DNA of 49,217 nt, filler included, from Catajapyx aquilonaris (lineage: Eukaryota), in assembly GCA_000934665.2 (NCBI GenBank). It is 2 parts of 2 records of this genome, joined end to end, with 100 filler letters (N's around TTAATTAATTAA, not from the genome) between each part and the next. Parts side by side here need not be neighbours in the genome. Positions count along the whole stretch, not along the records: positions 24,706 to 49,217 come from JYFJ02005497.1; 1 more part is not named here. One strand, given 5' to 3'. Position numbers and translations under genes: made by a program. Position 1 is the first letter of the stretch. The number at the start of each line of letters is the position of its first letter. Shown here piece after piece: positions 25,832-34,846 of the stretch. The notes beneath the pieces are model-generated. The model was not told the DNA's origin, did no database searches, and saw nothing but the letters and a program-made list of their open reading frames with translations.

Positions 25832-28800
25832 CTGCAAAGAAACAAAATAAAAATATTTTAACACCAGGGTCAACAATGTGTTGATGTTTCTAGTATTGTA
25901 ACCCTCTATCTGATGCCCTCTTCTATACAATGCATGAGTTTGACATGTTCAGATCCAACGATAAGGCGGTAAAAAAAAAGAAGCAGCAGCTGAGGATATG
26001 GTTATGGTTGCATGCACTCATGTCCCATTCAATGCAGCCTTGCCTTACATTTCCTTCCTTACGCTAAAATAACCCATGTTGAAGCTAGTAATTACTGGGC
26101 ATCAATTAGTTACACTATAGTGAAAACCAAGGCACAACGAAGTACGTAATTAGAACAAATCCCATGATATGGCAGCCTACTTTGATATACATCATAGCAA
26201 TTAAGTTAATGGTGTAATTTCTTTCGCGACTTACTTCCTCAACTGTAATAAATGGTCATGAATTTCTTTATGCTCATTGGGCTAACAGTGAACGACTATG
26301 AATCAAGGACGTAACATTTCTGGACTTTGAATTTGGCATGTTACAGCTTATTTATTGGATGAAATGATGTAAAAATGCAATACATGTTGTCCCATAGGCA
26401 ATTATTGTCCATAGCTAGCTCTGGTTAAAAGGTTGGCTTTGGTGACCTTGGCGGTGAGGAAAAAAAAAAGACGGCTGGCTCATCCAGATGTGGCCGATGA
26501 CAAGGCGAGTGTGGTAAATATAATTAAACCCCACCCGCACGAAATTCCTTATGGCGGTAGACAAAAGGTTAAATCGATAATAATTAACACTCTTTGAAGG
26601 GCCTTAAATGGATGTAGTTGTCAGCTAATGTATTTTTTTTTTTCAAACATCTGATCCTGATCTGCAACAGACTGAACCTAATTCACAGCACACTTGCAAC
26701 CAAAAATCACCATCAATTTACCTCATTGTCACTCTCGTCTGAGTCACTGTCAGTCCCCTTGTCATTATCCTTTCCAGCTGCTTGCTGGCGACTTCCCTTG
26801 ATCACCGTGTATTCTGCTCGTTCCTCTAGACTTAGGCTCTATTTAAAATGAAGACAACAAACATTAAAGTTTGGGAATGGTACCTTTCAATGACACTAAC
26901 TCCACAACTACTCACCTTGATGAACTTCTCATGCTGCTTGATGTACTTCTGCTTCATGTCACTGAGTTGTTTACGGTACTTTGACTTTTCTATCTCTGGT
27001 AACTCTTGCCAATGGCGTGGCGCATCCTCCTTGCGGTCTGTTGGGGCAGTGGCATTTGCCTCCGTGACAAATGTTTGCAGAAAGAGTGCGTATGCCGTCC
27101 TGCAGGAGTTTTCAGTTGTCAGACAGAATAATAAAGTATTTATAGAAATCCAGTTTGGACTACTCACGTTGGGGGTGGTTCTGGTTCATTTTTGTAGAGC
27201 TTGCGACCTTTACGAGAGTCACTCTTGATAACTTGGGTTGACTGGAGAAAAATATGTTCACATTATTGACATCGTAACATGAGTGTTTCAAGAGAAAATT
27301 GGTAGCAAGTACAAACCGGGCGTACTTCTGGACGTGGCTGCTCATCCTCATCAGTTGCGTCTGACTCCTTCTTTACCTTCTTTGGGTTGATGGGAGCAGC
27401 TTTGCGCTTGCGCTTTCTTGGGGGATTGCTCTCTAGCTCCATCTGCCGCTGCACTTGTGACAGAGACTCAAGGTAGCTGGCATATTCCAGTTCGTACTTG
27501 TCCATCATCTAGAATGTAAATCACAAACTTCAGTCTACTTTCAGGTTTGCATTTTTCAGGATCAACAATCGTAATTATTCTTGTTTCATCAAAACAAACT
27601 TTTACTGCCGCTTCTACAATGGGCGATAGTTATATTTATTGCATTTTATCTTGTAAGTGACGCTTAATCAACACCGGATTGCTAAATAAAGTCTCAAATC
27701 TTCAATGCATTTACCTCCTTTGCCTGATCATTATACTTCTTCCGCTCATCATCCTCAAGTTTCCACCAACGTCGGGATATTTCTTGCAAACGATCAAAGC
27801 CGCTGATGTTCTTCAGCTCAGCACTGGGCATCATCACACTTGAGTATAGGAAGTGCCCTGATTGAGGTGGTCTCTCAGGCTTCCCGGCAAACCGGTCCCT
27901 TAGTTGCCTTTCTTTCTTGCTCAGAACTGACGTCAGAGGAATCTTCAATTCTGGGTGATCTCTCCTATACTTCTTCAAAGACTGGTAATAGCGCTGCTCC
28001 TGCTTGCACGTCTGGTTTATCCACTTCATCTTCATTTTCTCAGATAGATTTTTCCACTCTTCCTGGCAAGCCGCAGACAGAGATGCACGGTTGAAGTCGG
28101 TGTCATTCTTGCACTTCTCAAGGCGGGAGTTGTAGAACAGCTAATTGGACGAAACAAGTACAAGGGGTTTAGAAGCCTACAAACTGTGAATACCAGGATA
28201 ATATAATTATTATGAACTGCCAGTTTAAAAAAACATCATCAGGATTATGTGTAAGAATATTACAATTTCATACAACTAAGATAACAATCATTAGCTGTAA
28301 TGCAATCAGAAAGACAGCTACATCAATCTCAAAATCATAGCATTATTTTTGATGTTGCCTTCTCTTCCTTCAGTACATCATATGAAAGGAGATGTGCAGA
28401 AGTGGCGTTAATGTTATGCTGCATATTATCTCATCACAGATTACTTAGAGGAGTACTTGGAAAACTACGCAAGAATTTTCAGTGCTACTTTATCCTAACT
28501 TGCAACTACGCTACTTCTGCACTTCGCCTTGAATGGATTCAGTGGCTAGTTCTTCACAACATTAGGAATGGTCTTACTCACCATAAATGGTGTCTGAGGT
28601 TTGGCCTTGCCAATGTTGGGCTCTTGGACCTTGCGTTTCAAACGCGGATGATCCTTACTGGAGTTTTTAAAAAAGAAAGTAAATTCATTAGTAACGACAT
28701 TTACTCTTGGTAACGATCACTATAAATTGCATACATTATGCATAGTATTCTGCAAATTAGGCTACATCTCAAAGTCGATTTTCCTAATTTAAATGGGCAA

Positions 28801-31800
28801 AAAAGGAGAGCTATTAGAATTTACATGAGTGTCCAGCAATGGGGGGTGCGGACTGATTGAAGCAACATCCCAATGATCAGGAACATAACATTATCTGCCC
28901 GGAATATGCTGCTTCATCCAGCCAGTTTATCTTAGGCAATTGTTGCGGTAACGAAAGAAGGTTCGGACGATTTTTAAAACACTTTCATTGCGATTTGCCA
29001 TGACTGTGGAAAACCTTTGGGGGTTCTGTTTTTTCTATCAAGTTCCAGGCAGAGAGGACTGAATTTTGCCACAAATCCGACACAAAAGTATCATTTGATA
29101 GCGCCAGAGGAAAGAGAACAAACACGGCAACGAACCAAGGTTTTGAGGACACGCATGCACCTTGTTGCACTGCGTAATAACTCTGCAAATTCTGAGTGGT
29201 TGTGAGGGCAGTATAGAAATGCTCCAGTGAAGAAAAGTGTGAGGAATCCCTTGGTCACCTTGCCATACCGATATCTGCTTATATTTGCATCGAAGCGCAA
29301 CAAAACACGCGGTAACAAACCAAGAAAAAAGGTAACGAACCAAGGCGTGCGATTTTCTGTCGATGCAATGTTCAGAACCTTTTCATGGGGAGTATTTGTG
29401 AGCTGTTTTGCCTCTTCAGGACATAACAGGACACATCAGGACACCTGATCAGTCACCAGAGGATTCTCATGTATCGGTCGATTGAGATGGCTAGGTATGA
29501 CCAGGCCATACCTAGCCACCCCATTATGAGACAATGCCGTGATGAATGTTCTTGGATGTAACCCAGGATGAAAAGGGTGTTGCCTACCTACCGAACAGAG
29601 CCTTTGCGGACCAGGCTGACACAGACAGATTAATGAACTGACTAGAGCAGGAAATGTTTTAATAAGTGCTTATTAGAAATCAATAACAGCAAATGGCAAT
29701 TTGGCCCAAAAGAGGTGCCTACGGGAATTTGTTGTTATTTTTGGTACTAAACCAAGGCTTGCGGATGTCCCAGGTTCATTACTAACAATTACGCATTCAG
29801 AGATCACCATCCGACAATTTAAGCAATGCACATCAATATAAAGAGGACATCAAGCTGCATCCAACTGACATTCTTGAGAAGTGATCGAAATAATGGCAAT
29901 GATTCGAGTCGCCTAAAGCTGCACGTGTCCCCAGACGCCTAAAGGCCTTCGGCGTGCACAGTTGAACGTATGAGCAGCTGGTGCCAAAGAAGAGCAACAC
30001 TGGCCAATTTTAATGTTGGGATTGTTTAGTCGAGATGCTGAGCATCCGATTGGTGTGATAAAACGTGGGATTCAACGAAACAAATAATAATCGTCGTTTC
30101 ATGTCCGCTCTATGGAACAACTGAGCTTCAAATATTCACAACATACTTATATTGCTTCATCTTTTCCTCGTATTCTTGTCTCATCCTAGCTGCCTTCTCA
30201 GTGTACATTTGTTTCTTCTCTGCAGAAAGCTTCTCATACATCAGGTATATATGCTGGGACACTTGGCGCTGGAATAATCAATAACAAATAATAGCAGTAA
30301 AGTTCACTCAAGTATGAGTGCTGAGACTCACCTGGTTCATCCCAGGATTATCCTTGGACACCTTGTCCTTGTTGTCACGATAGAACAGCTTGTATGTACT
30401 CACTGGACGGGTAGGCTTGTCAGGGCGTCGAATCTGCAATGATATGACAACAAAATTTGAGTTACATTTTGGTGCCGATTCATTTGAATCGCCCAGGCCC
30501 ACGGGCAGGATGACAGGAGGGGATGTGCAATGTGCAGTGCAAAGTTGCCAAGATGGTACATAATTTGTGAACTCCCCCGGGTGGATATGTCTAGAGGAAA
30601 TTCCACCTGAGACGAAGCCAGAGACTACCCAACTCTGCACGAGATGAAGGGGATGTCCCCGAGCTGGGATCAAACCCGGGACCTTAACATCCGTGGGCGC
30701 ATACGTTACCGCAGCACCACTTCGCCTCCCTACTCGGACATGTATTAGAATTATATGCACACATTCCGATAACGTTTTTCTAGTTGCTCATAACGCCCCT
30801 TCATTACAAACATCCATGGAGCCTGCAGAGTTTGAATTAGATGATAAAAAACTGGATTCATTGTTCCCGACAATTTCTTTCGACATTCTTGGCCAATCCC
30901 GGGTTCAGTGTTGAATATCGCGGCCAATCCTGCTCAACCAACTCTCCCCACGGGGGTGCCAGGAAAGACCTTGTTTAAAAAACTGAATATTTTACTTTGT
31001 TTATATACTTCTATGGAGTCGCCACCACTGATAAACAACATCCCGTAGCCTATGTTCGGCTTGTTGTGCATGCTTGGAACAGGGGCCATTTGGAGGCGTC
31101 ATGGTAATAATATGTCGCAGTAACAATAGATGGGGGCCAATGGGCAGCAGTGGTGGCAACAATATGCCATGGACCACTCAGACGGCTCGGTCAAACAATG
31201 GAGGATTTTAATATTATAGATTTCTTCACAGCGTTCGAAATAGTCTTACTCACCTGAGGTTTGGCCTTGCCAACAGTGGCCTTCTGGGCCTTGGGTTTCA
31301 AATCAGGATGATCCTCACTGGGGTATTTAAGAAGGGAAGAAAATTCATTAGTAGCTATCCCTATAAATTACAAGCGATATGCATAGTAATATGCAAATTA
31401 CACTTCAGAGTTGATCCATATTTAAAAGGTGTAAAAAGGAGAGCTATTAGAATTCACATGAGTGTGCAGCATTGGGGGGTGCGGACTGATTGAAGCAACA
31501 TCCCAATGATCAAGAATATAACATTATTATCCGCCCTGAAGATGCTGCTTCATCCAGCCTGTTTATCTGCCGTATAAATCTGAAACAACTGAGCTTCAAA
31601 CGTTAACAACATACTGGAATTGCCTCATCTTTTCCTTGTATTCATGTCTCATCTTAGCCACCTTCTCTTGGTACATCTGTTTCTCCTTTTCAGAGAGGTT
31701 CTTGTACATCTGGGCAATATGCTTGGACACTTGGGGCTGGAATAATCAATCAATTAACAAATAATAGAGCCAAAGTTCACTCAAGTATGTGTGCCGAGAC

Positions 31801-33262
31801 TCACAATGTCCATCCCAGGATTTTCCTTGCACACCTTGTCCTTCGCGTCAAGAAAGAACAGCTTGTATTTCCTCAATGGACGGCGAGGCAAGTCAGGGTG
31901 TCGATCCTGCAATATGAGAACAAAATATAAGACCTCCACTACTGAATAAGCAGCAATTGGTCCAGCATTACACATCATGTAAACTATGACCTGAACTTTG
32001 TTTAGTCACTCTCTTTGTGCATTTTTTGGTACTCTGCATGCTTCTTTTGTATCACTTTTTACACTCAATTGTCAAATTTAAGCACAAGCTACTGAATCCC
32101 CGAACTTTAGGCCCCCACTCGCACATTTTTAACAGCAACATTATTTTAGAACAGAACCTGATGCATTCAAAAAAAATTGTTAAGGATCACAATTACGGAA
32201 ATCTACCTCAGTTATTGCGGCATGCCGGCCAAACCCCCCGGGTTATACTGGCATGCTGGTCGCCCCCTCACTTTATACCGGCATGCCGCTTTAAGTGAGA
32301 GGTAATACAGTATTAAGATTTCTTCACAACATTAGGAATGGTCTTACCTGCGATTGGACCTTGGGATGCAAATCTGGATGATCCTCACTGTGGTTTTTTA
32401 AAATGGAAAAAAATTCATTAGTAGCTATCACTATAAATTACATTCGACATGGATAGTATTCTGCAAATTGCACCTCAGCGTTGATCCATATTTAAAAGGC
32501 CAATGCGAATAGCTCTATAAGAATTTACGTGAGTGGCCAGCAAAGGGGCATGCGGACTGATTGAAGCAACATCCCAATGATCAAGAATATATCATTATTA
32601 TCTGCCCTGAAGACGCTGCTTCATCCAGCATGTTTAGCTGCCTTTTAAACCTGGAACAACTGAGTTTCAAACATTCACAACATACTAGAATTGCTCCATC
32701 TTTCCCTTGTATTCTTGTTTCTTCCTAGCTGCCTTCTCACGGTACATTTGTTTCTCATTTTCAGGACAGTTCCTGTACCTCAGGGAGATATGCTTGGTCA
32801 CTTGGGTCTGAAATAATCAATTAACAAATAATAGAGCCAAAGTTCACTCAAGTATGTGTGCCGAGACTCACCTCGTCCATCCCAGGATTCTCCTTGCACA
32901 CCTTGTCCTTCTTGTCAAGGTAGAACAGCATGTATGCAGTCAATGGACGGCGAGGCTTGTCAGGGTGTCGATTCTGCAATGATATGGGAACAAAATGTAA
33001 GGCAATAAGCCGCAATTGGTTCCAACATTACACATAATGTAAAATATGACTTTGTTCAGTCGCTCTCTCTGTATATTTTTTTGGTACTCGGCTTGCATCT
33101 TTTGTATCAATTTTTACATTCAATTTTCACAACCTTCTGGCTAGGTTCCGCTGTCCGCTTGTGCTTGTTGGGTATGGGCACCACTGACGTGTCCATTGCC
33201 GTTGCGCTATCAGACGCACCATCCTGTGCCAGCTTCCGTTTACGTGATGCCATCGGTGCCAT
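25683..33262 (-). CDS. UBTF: UBF (upstream binding factor 1)-like multi-HMG-box protein, spliced gene; 655 codons through exon 15 plus a possible acidic-tail exon
   Basis: GT-AG exons join in frame: 33262-33134, 32973-32872, 32807-32686, 32387-32348, 31906-31805, 31736-31615, 31317-31254, 30433-30332, 30268-30147, 28657-28582, 28140-27715, 27508-27326, 27241-27168, 27099-26916, 26838-26722, then 25831-25683 (phase uncertain). UBF-type motifs: HPDKPRRPLTAYMLF, EDHPDL, KPQTPFMLFY, WKNLSEKMKMKWI, DHPEL..LSKKERQLRDRFAGKPERPP, EPEPPPTTAYALF, SLSLEERAEY, Ser/Asp/Glu tail. Confidence 0.88.
26722..26838 (-). CDS. UBTF: UBF-like exon: end of last box, start of acidic tail
   Basis: aaatag|SLSLEERAEYTVIKGSRQQAAGKDNDKGTDSDSDESDNE|gtaaat, 117 nt. 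Confidence 0.82.
26916..27099 (-). CDS. UBTF: UBF-like last HMG box exon
   Basis: ctgcag|TAYALFLQTF...PRHWQELPEIEKSKYRKQLSDMKQKYIKQHEKFIK|gtgagt, 184 nt. Confidence 0.88.
27168..27241 (-). CDS. UBTF: UBF-like exon (STQVIKSDSRKGRKLYKNEPEPPP)
   Basis: ttttctccag|...|gtgagt, 74 nt. Confidence 0.82.
27326..27508 (-). CDS. UBTF: UBF-like exon: end of box 3 plus basic NLS-like linker
   Basis: ttctag|MMDKYELEYASYLESLS...PPRKRKRKAAPINPKKVKKE...RPE; donor GTACGC is weak, and an in-phase GTTTGT lies 9 nt further on. Confidence 0.8.
27715..28140 (-). CDS. UBTF: UBF-like exon encoding HMG boxes 2 and 3
   Basis: attag|LFYNSRLEKC...EEWKNLSEKMKMKWINQ...DHPELKIPLTSVLSKKERQLRDRFAGKPERPPQSGHFLYSS...ISRRWWKLEDDERKKYNDQAKE|gtaaat, 426 nt. 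Confidence 0.92.
28582..28657 (-). CDS. UBTF: UBF-like linker exon C and start of HMG box 2 (KDHPRLKRKVQEPNIGKAKPQTPFM)
   Basis: ctccag|...|gtgagt, 76 nt. Confidence 0.85.
28932..30110. mobile_element. ~1.2-kb insertion in the copy-C intron, possibly a degenerate LINE fragment
   Basis: The homologous introns in copies A and B are ~298 nt; this one matches them on both sides of the interval. Short plus-strand peptide VVIFGTKPRL near 29730 weakly resembles L2/CR1-group RT C-terminus. Confidence 0.5.
30147..30268 (-). CDS. UBTF: UBF-like HMG box 1 copy C, second half
   Basis: ttccag|RQVSQHIYLMYEKLSAEKKQMYTEKAARMRQEYEEKMKQY|gtatgt, 122 nt. Confidence 0.88.
30332..30433 (-). CDS. UBTF: UBF-like HMG box 1 copy C, first half
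   Basis: ttgcag|IRRPDKPTRPVSTYKLFYRDNKDKVSKDNPGMNQ|gtgagt, 102 nt. Confidence 0.88.
30497..30730 (-). mobile_element. tRNA-derived SINE, family A, in UBF-like intron
   Basis: Reverse complement shares GCGCCCACGGA.GTTAAGGTCCCGGGTT, CGTGCAGAGTTGGG, CCACCCGGGGGAGTTCACAAA and TTGCACATCCCCTCCT with 10740-10970. Confidence 0.85.
31254..31317 (-). CDS. UBTF: UBF-like linker exon B (EDHPDLKPKAQKATVGKAKPQ)
   Basis: cccag|...|gtgagt, 64 nt. Confidence 0.82.
31615..31736 (-). CDS. UBTF: UBF-like HMG box 1 copy B, second half
   Basis: ttccag|PQVSKHIAQMYKNLSEKEKQMYQEKVAKMRHEYKEKMRQF|gtatgt, 122 nt. Confidence 0.88.
31805..31906 (-). CDS. UBTF: UBF-like HMG box 1 copy B, first half
   Basis: ttgcag|DRHPDLPRRPLRKYKLFFLDAKDKVCKENPGMDI|gtgagt, 102 nt. 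Confidence 0.88.
32204..32311. mobile_element. Small inverted-repeat element (GCGGCATGCCGG family)
   Basis: TACCTC..GCGGCATGCCGG / CCGGCATGCCGC..GAGGTA; same motifs recur at 36220-36550. Confidence 0.5.
32348..32387 (-). CDS. UBTF: UBF-like linker exon A (EDHPDLHPKVQSQ)
   Basis: cacag|...|gtaaga, 40 nt, restores phase 0; EDHPDL follows box 1 in UBF. Confidence 0.8.
32686..32807 (-). CDS. UBTF: UBF-like HMG box 1 copy A, second half
   Basis: tttcag|TQVTKHISLRYRNCPENEKQMYREKAARKKQEYKGKMEQF|gtatgt, 122 nt. Confidence 0.88.
32872..32973 (-). CDS. UBTF: UBF-like HMG box 1 copy A, first half
   Basis: ttgcag|NRHPDKPRRPLTAYMLFYLDKKDKVCKENPGMDE|gtgagt, 102 nt. Confidence 0.88.
33134..33262 (-). CDS. 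UBTF: UBF-like coding exon 1 (MAPMASRKRK...EPSQK), basic NLS-like N-terminus
   Basis: Acceptor tgtcctgcag just upstream (exon starts 33271), ATG at 33262, donor AAG|GTTGTG; 129 nt, phase 0. Confidence 0.6.
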
Positions 33263-33357
33263 TGCGATTTCCTGCAGGACATAATGAGATCCTAAGTACT
33301 GTACATTGCACGGGTACTTAGGGCCGGCTCAAGGGCGCCAGGCTGAGCCGCCATTTT

Positions 33358-33799
33358 CACCACCCAACAGCCCCTGGCGTGTGGCCCTCTCGCGCGTCCA
33401 ATCCCCTTTATGCGTCTCCCTGAGCTGGCCTCCACCCACGGGCAGGGCGAGCAGCCCTCAGGGGCCGCCCCGGGGGCCAGTTCGCCCCCTTTAAACAACC
33501 ACTAACCTTTGCTAAATCCGGCTGAAACGAGCGTGCCTATTTCGACCACGTGCTCAACTCGATTCTACAAGGACGAAGGAGCGCATGCGTCAACATGCCC
33601 CGATCCTAGAGCCAATCAGGGTGGTCCGTGTTGAGCGGGAATTTACATGTGCAATTTGCTAATGAGAGCGCATGCGTGTCAAATATGCTGCTACCTGATT
33701 GGCGGACCAATTCGTGTGCTTGGAATGTGTAAATTTTAATTGAAGGTACGTAGGGGGAGGGGGTGGGTTGGGGTCACTTTATGCGGTGTTGCCACATTC
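33358..33799 (-). promoter_or_regulatory. Probable UBF-like gene promoter, short non-coding first exon and start of intron 1
   Basis: Two CCAAT boxes (~33611, ~33697), two GCGCATGCG NRF1-like sites (33581, 33668), octamer-like ATTTACAT 33641, E-box CACGTG 33547; donor AAG|GTTAGT at 33506 can pair with the acceptor at 33272. Confidence 0.6.
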
Positions 33800-34806
33800 G
33801 CGCACGGAGACATACGCCGGTGAGATTAATGACCTGTGACATTGTTGTACTGTACAGACATGAGCGCGGTACACTCTGTGTGCCTATATACCTACCATTT
33901 ATTCTCATTGTTAAAATAGAGGTGGCAATATTTAAGCATGCGGTATATATTTGCAAAAACTCGTAAAATTTTCAGTGCAATGTGTTTAGCACTTTAAAAC
34001 GGCAGCTATAATAGCAGGCATGCACATTTGACGTGTTTGGACAATACAACATTTTTGTGTATTACGAATTTTTTGGGGCCTTTTTTTTACAGTTGAAAAA
34101 TTGCATCTAGACGTGTACGACTATCTTGGCAACAATGTAAGGTATGAGAATTCCAATTAATCCTTAAGATTAAATTACCCCATAAAACCTTCATATGCTG
34201 CATATGCAACCGGTGCACACTGGGAAAAATTATTCAATAATAAATGTATAGCCAACCACCGGGTTATAGCTATATAAAAAACACACAAATTGTTGACATC
34301 AATTACAGTACTGTAATTACATGCATAACATTTTATAACGTGACCATTTTTGGGGACATTGGCGTTATAAAACCTTCCCTGTAATGACAAACCCGACCAA
34401 GTGCTGCGAGTTTGGTAATAATTATTTGGGCAACATGGGCAGTGATGGATATTGGCATGGTCGATTGCATATAGCAATATAGTGCTGCTCTATCTGCAAA
34501 ATATTGCGAATGTTTACATCCTTGCAGATTACGTGACATAATTTTAATGTAAAGGCATCGGCGTCCCCCTTCCACATAGATAAACAAGGTCATGATAGAG
34601 AGTGAAAAAATAGACAGGCGTACCTCTCTCCCTCTCTTTTTTCCCCCCCTCGTCCCCATCAGCAATTCCTCCCCACCACCCCACTTTTCTCCCAATGGGT
34701 GTGTACGGCTTGGTGTGTACGTGTGTCTGAAGTATATGTATGCATGCATGTGTGTGTGTCTGCTGGAGCGTGTGTGTGTGTGTACTCTTTTTTCACCCCC
34801 CTCTGG

Positions 34807-34846
34807 ATTTTCGGCGGGAACGGATGGAGGGCGGGAAGTTTCCGGT
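34807..34846. promoter_or_regulatory. Cluster of E2F-like sites in the intergenic region
   Basis: ATTTTCGGCGGGAA (12 nt identical to 36921-36932), GGCGGGAA, and ETS-like TTTCCGG within 40 nt. Confidence 0.45.

Noticed and set aside
33358..33508. HDV-like ribozyme or H/ACA snoRNA
   Set aside because: I could not build the nested pseudoknot consistently in both copies and found no properly placed H and ACA boxes.
33498..33510. ACTAACCT as a TTAGG telomerase RNA template
   Set aside because: Promoter motifs point the other way; the sequence is better read as the minus-strand donor AAG|GTTAGT.
25116..33799. Flanking direct repeats as LTRs of a retroelement that captured UBF
   Set aside because: No clear TG...CA termini, target duplication, convincing primer-binding site or gag/pol, and the enclosed gene keeps its introns.
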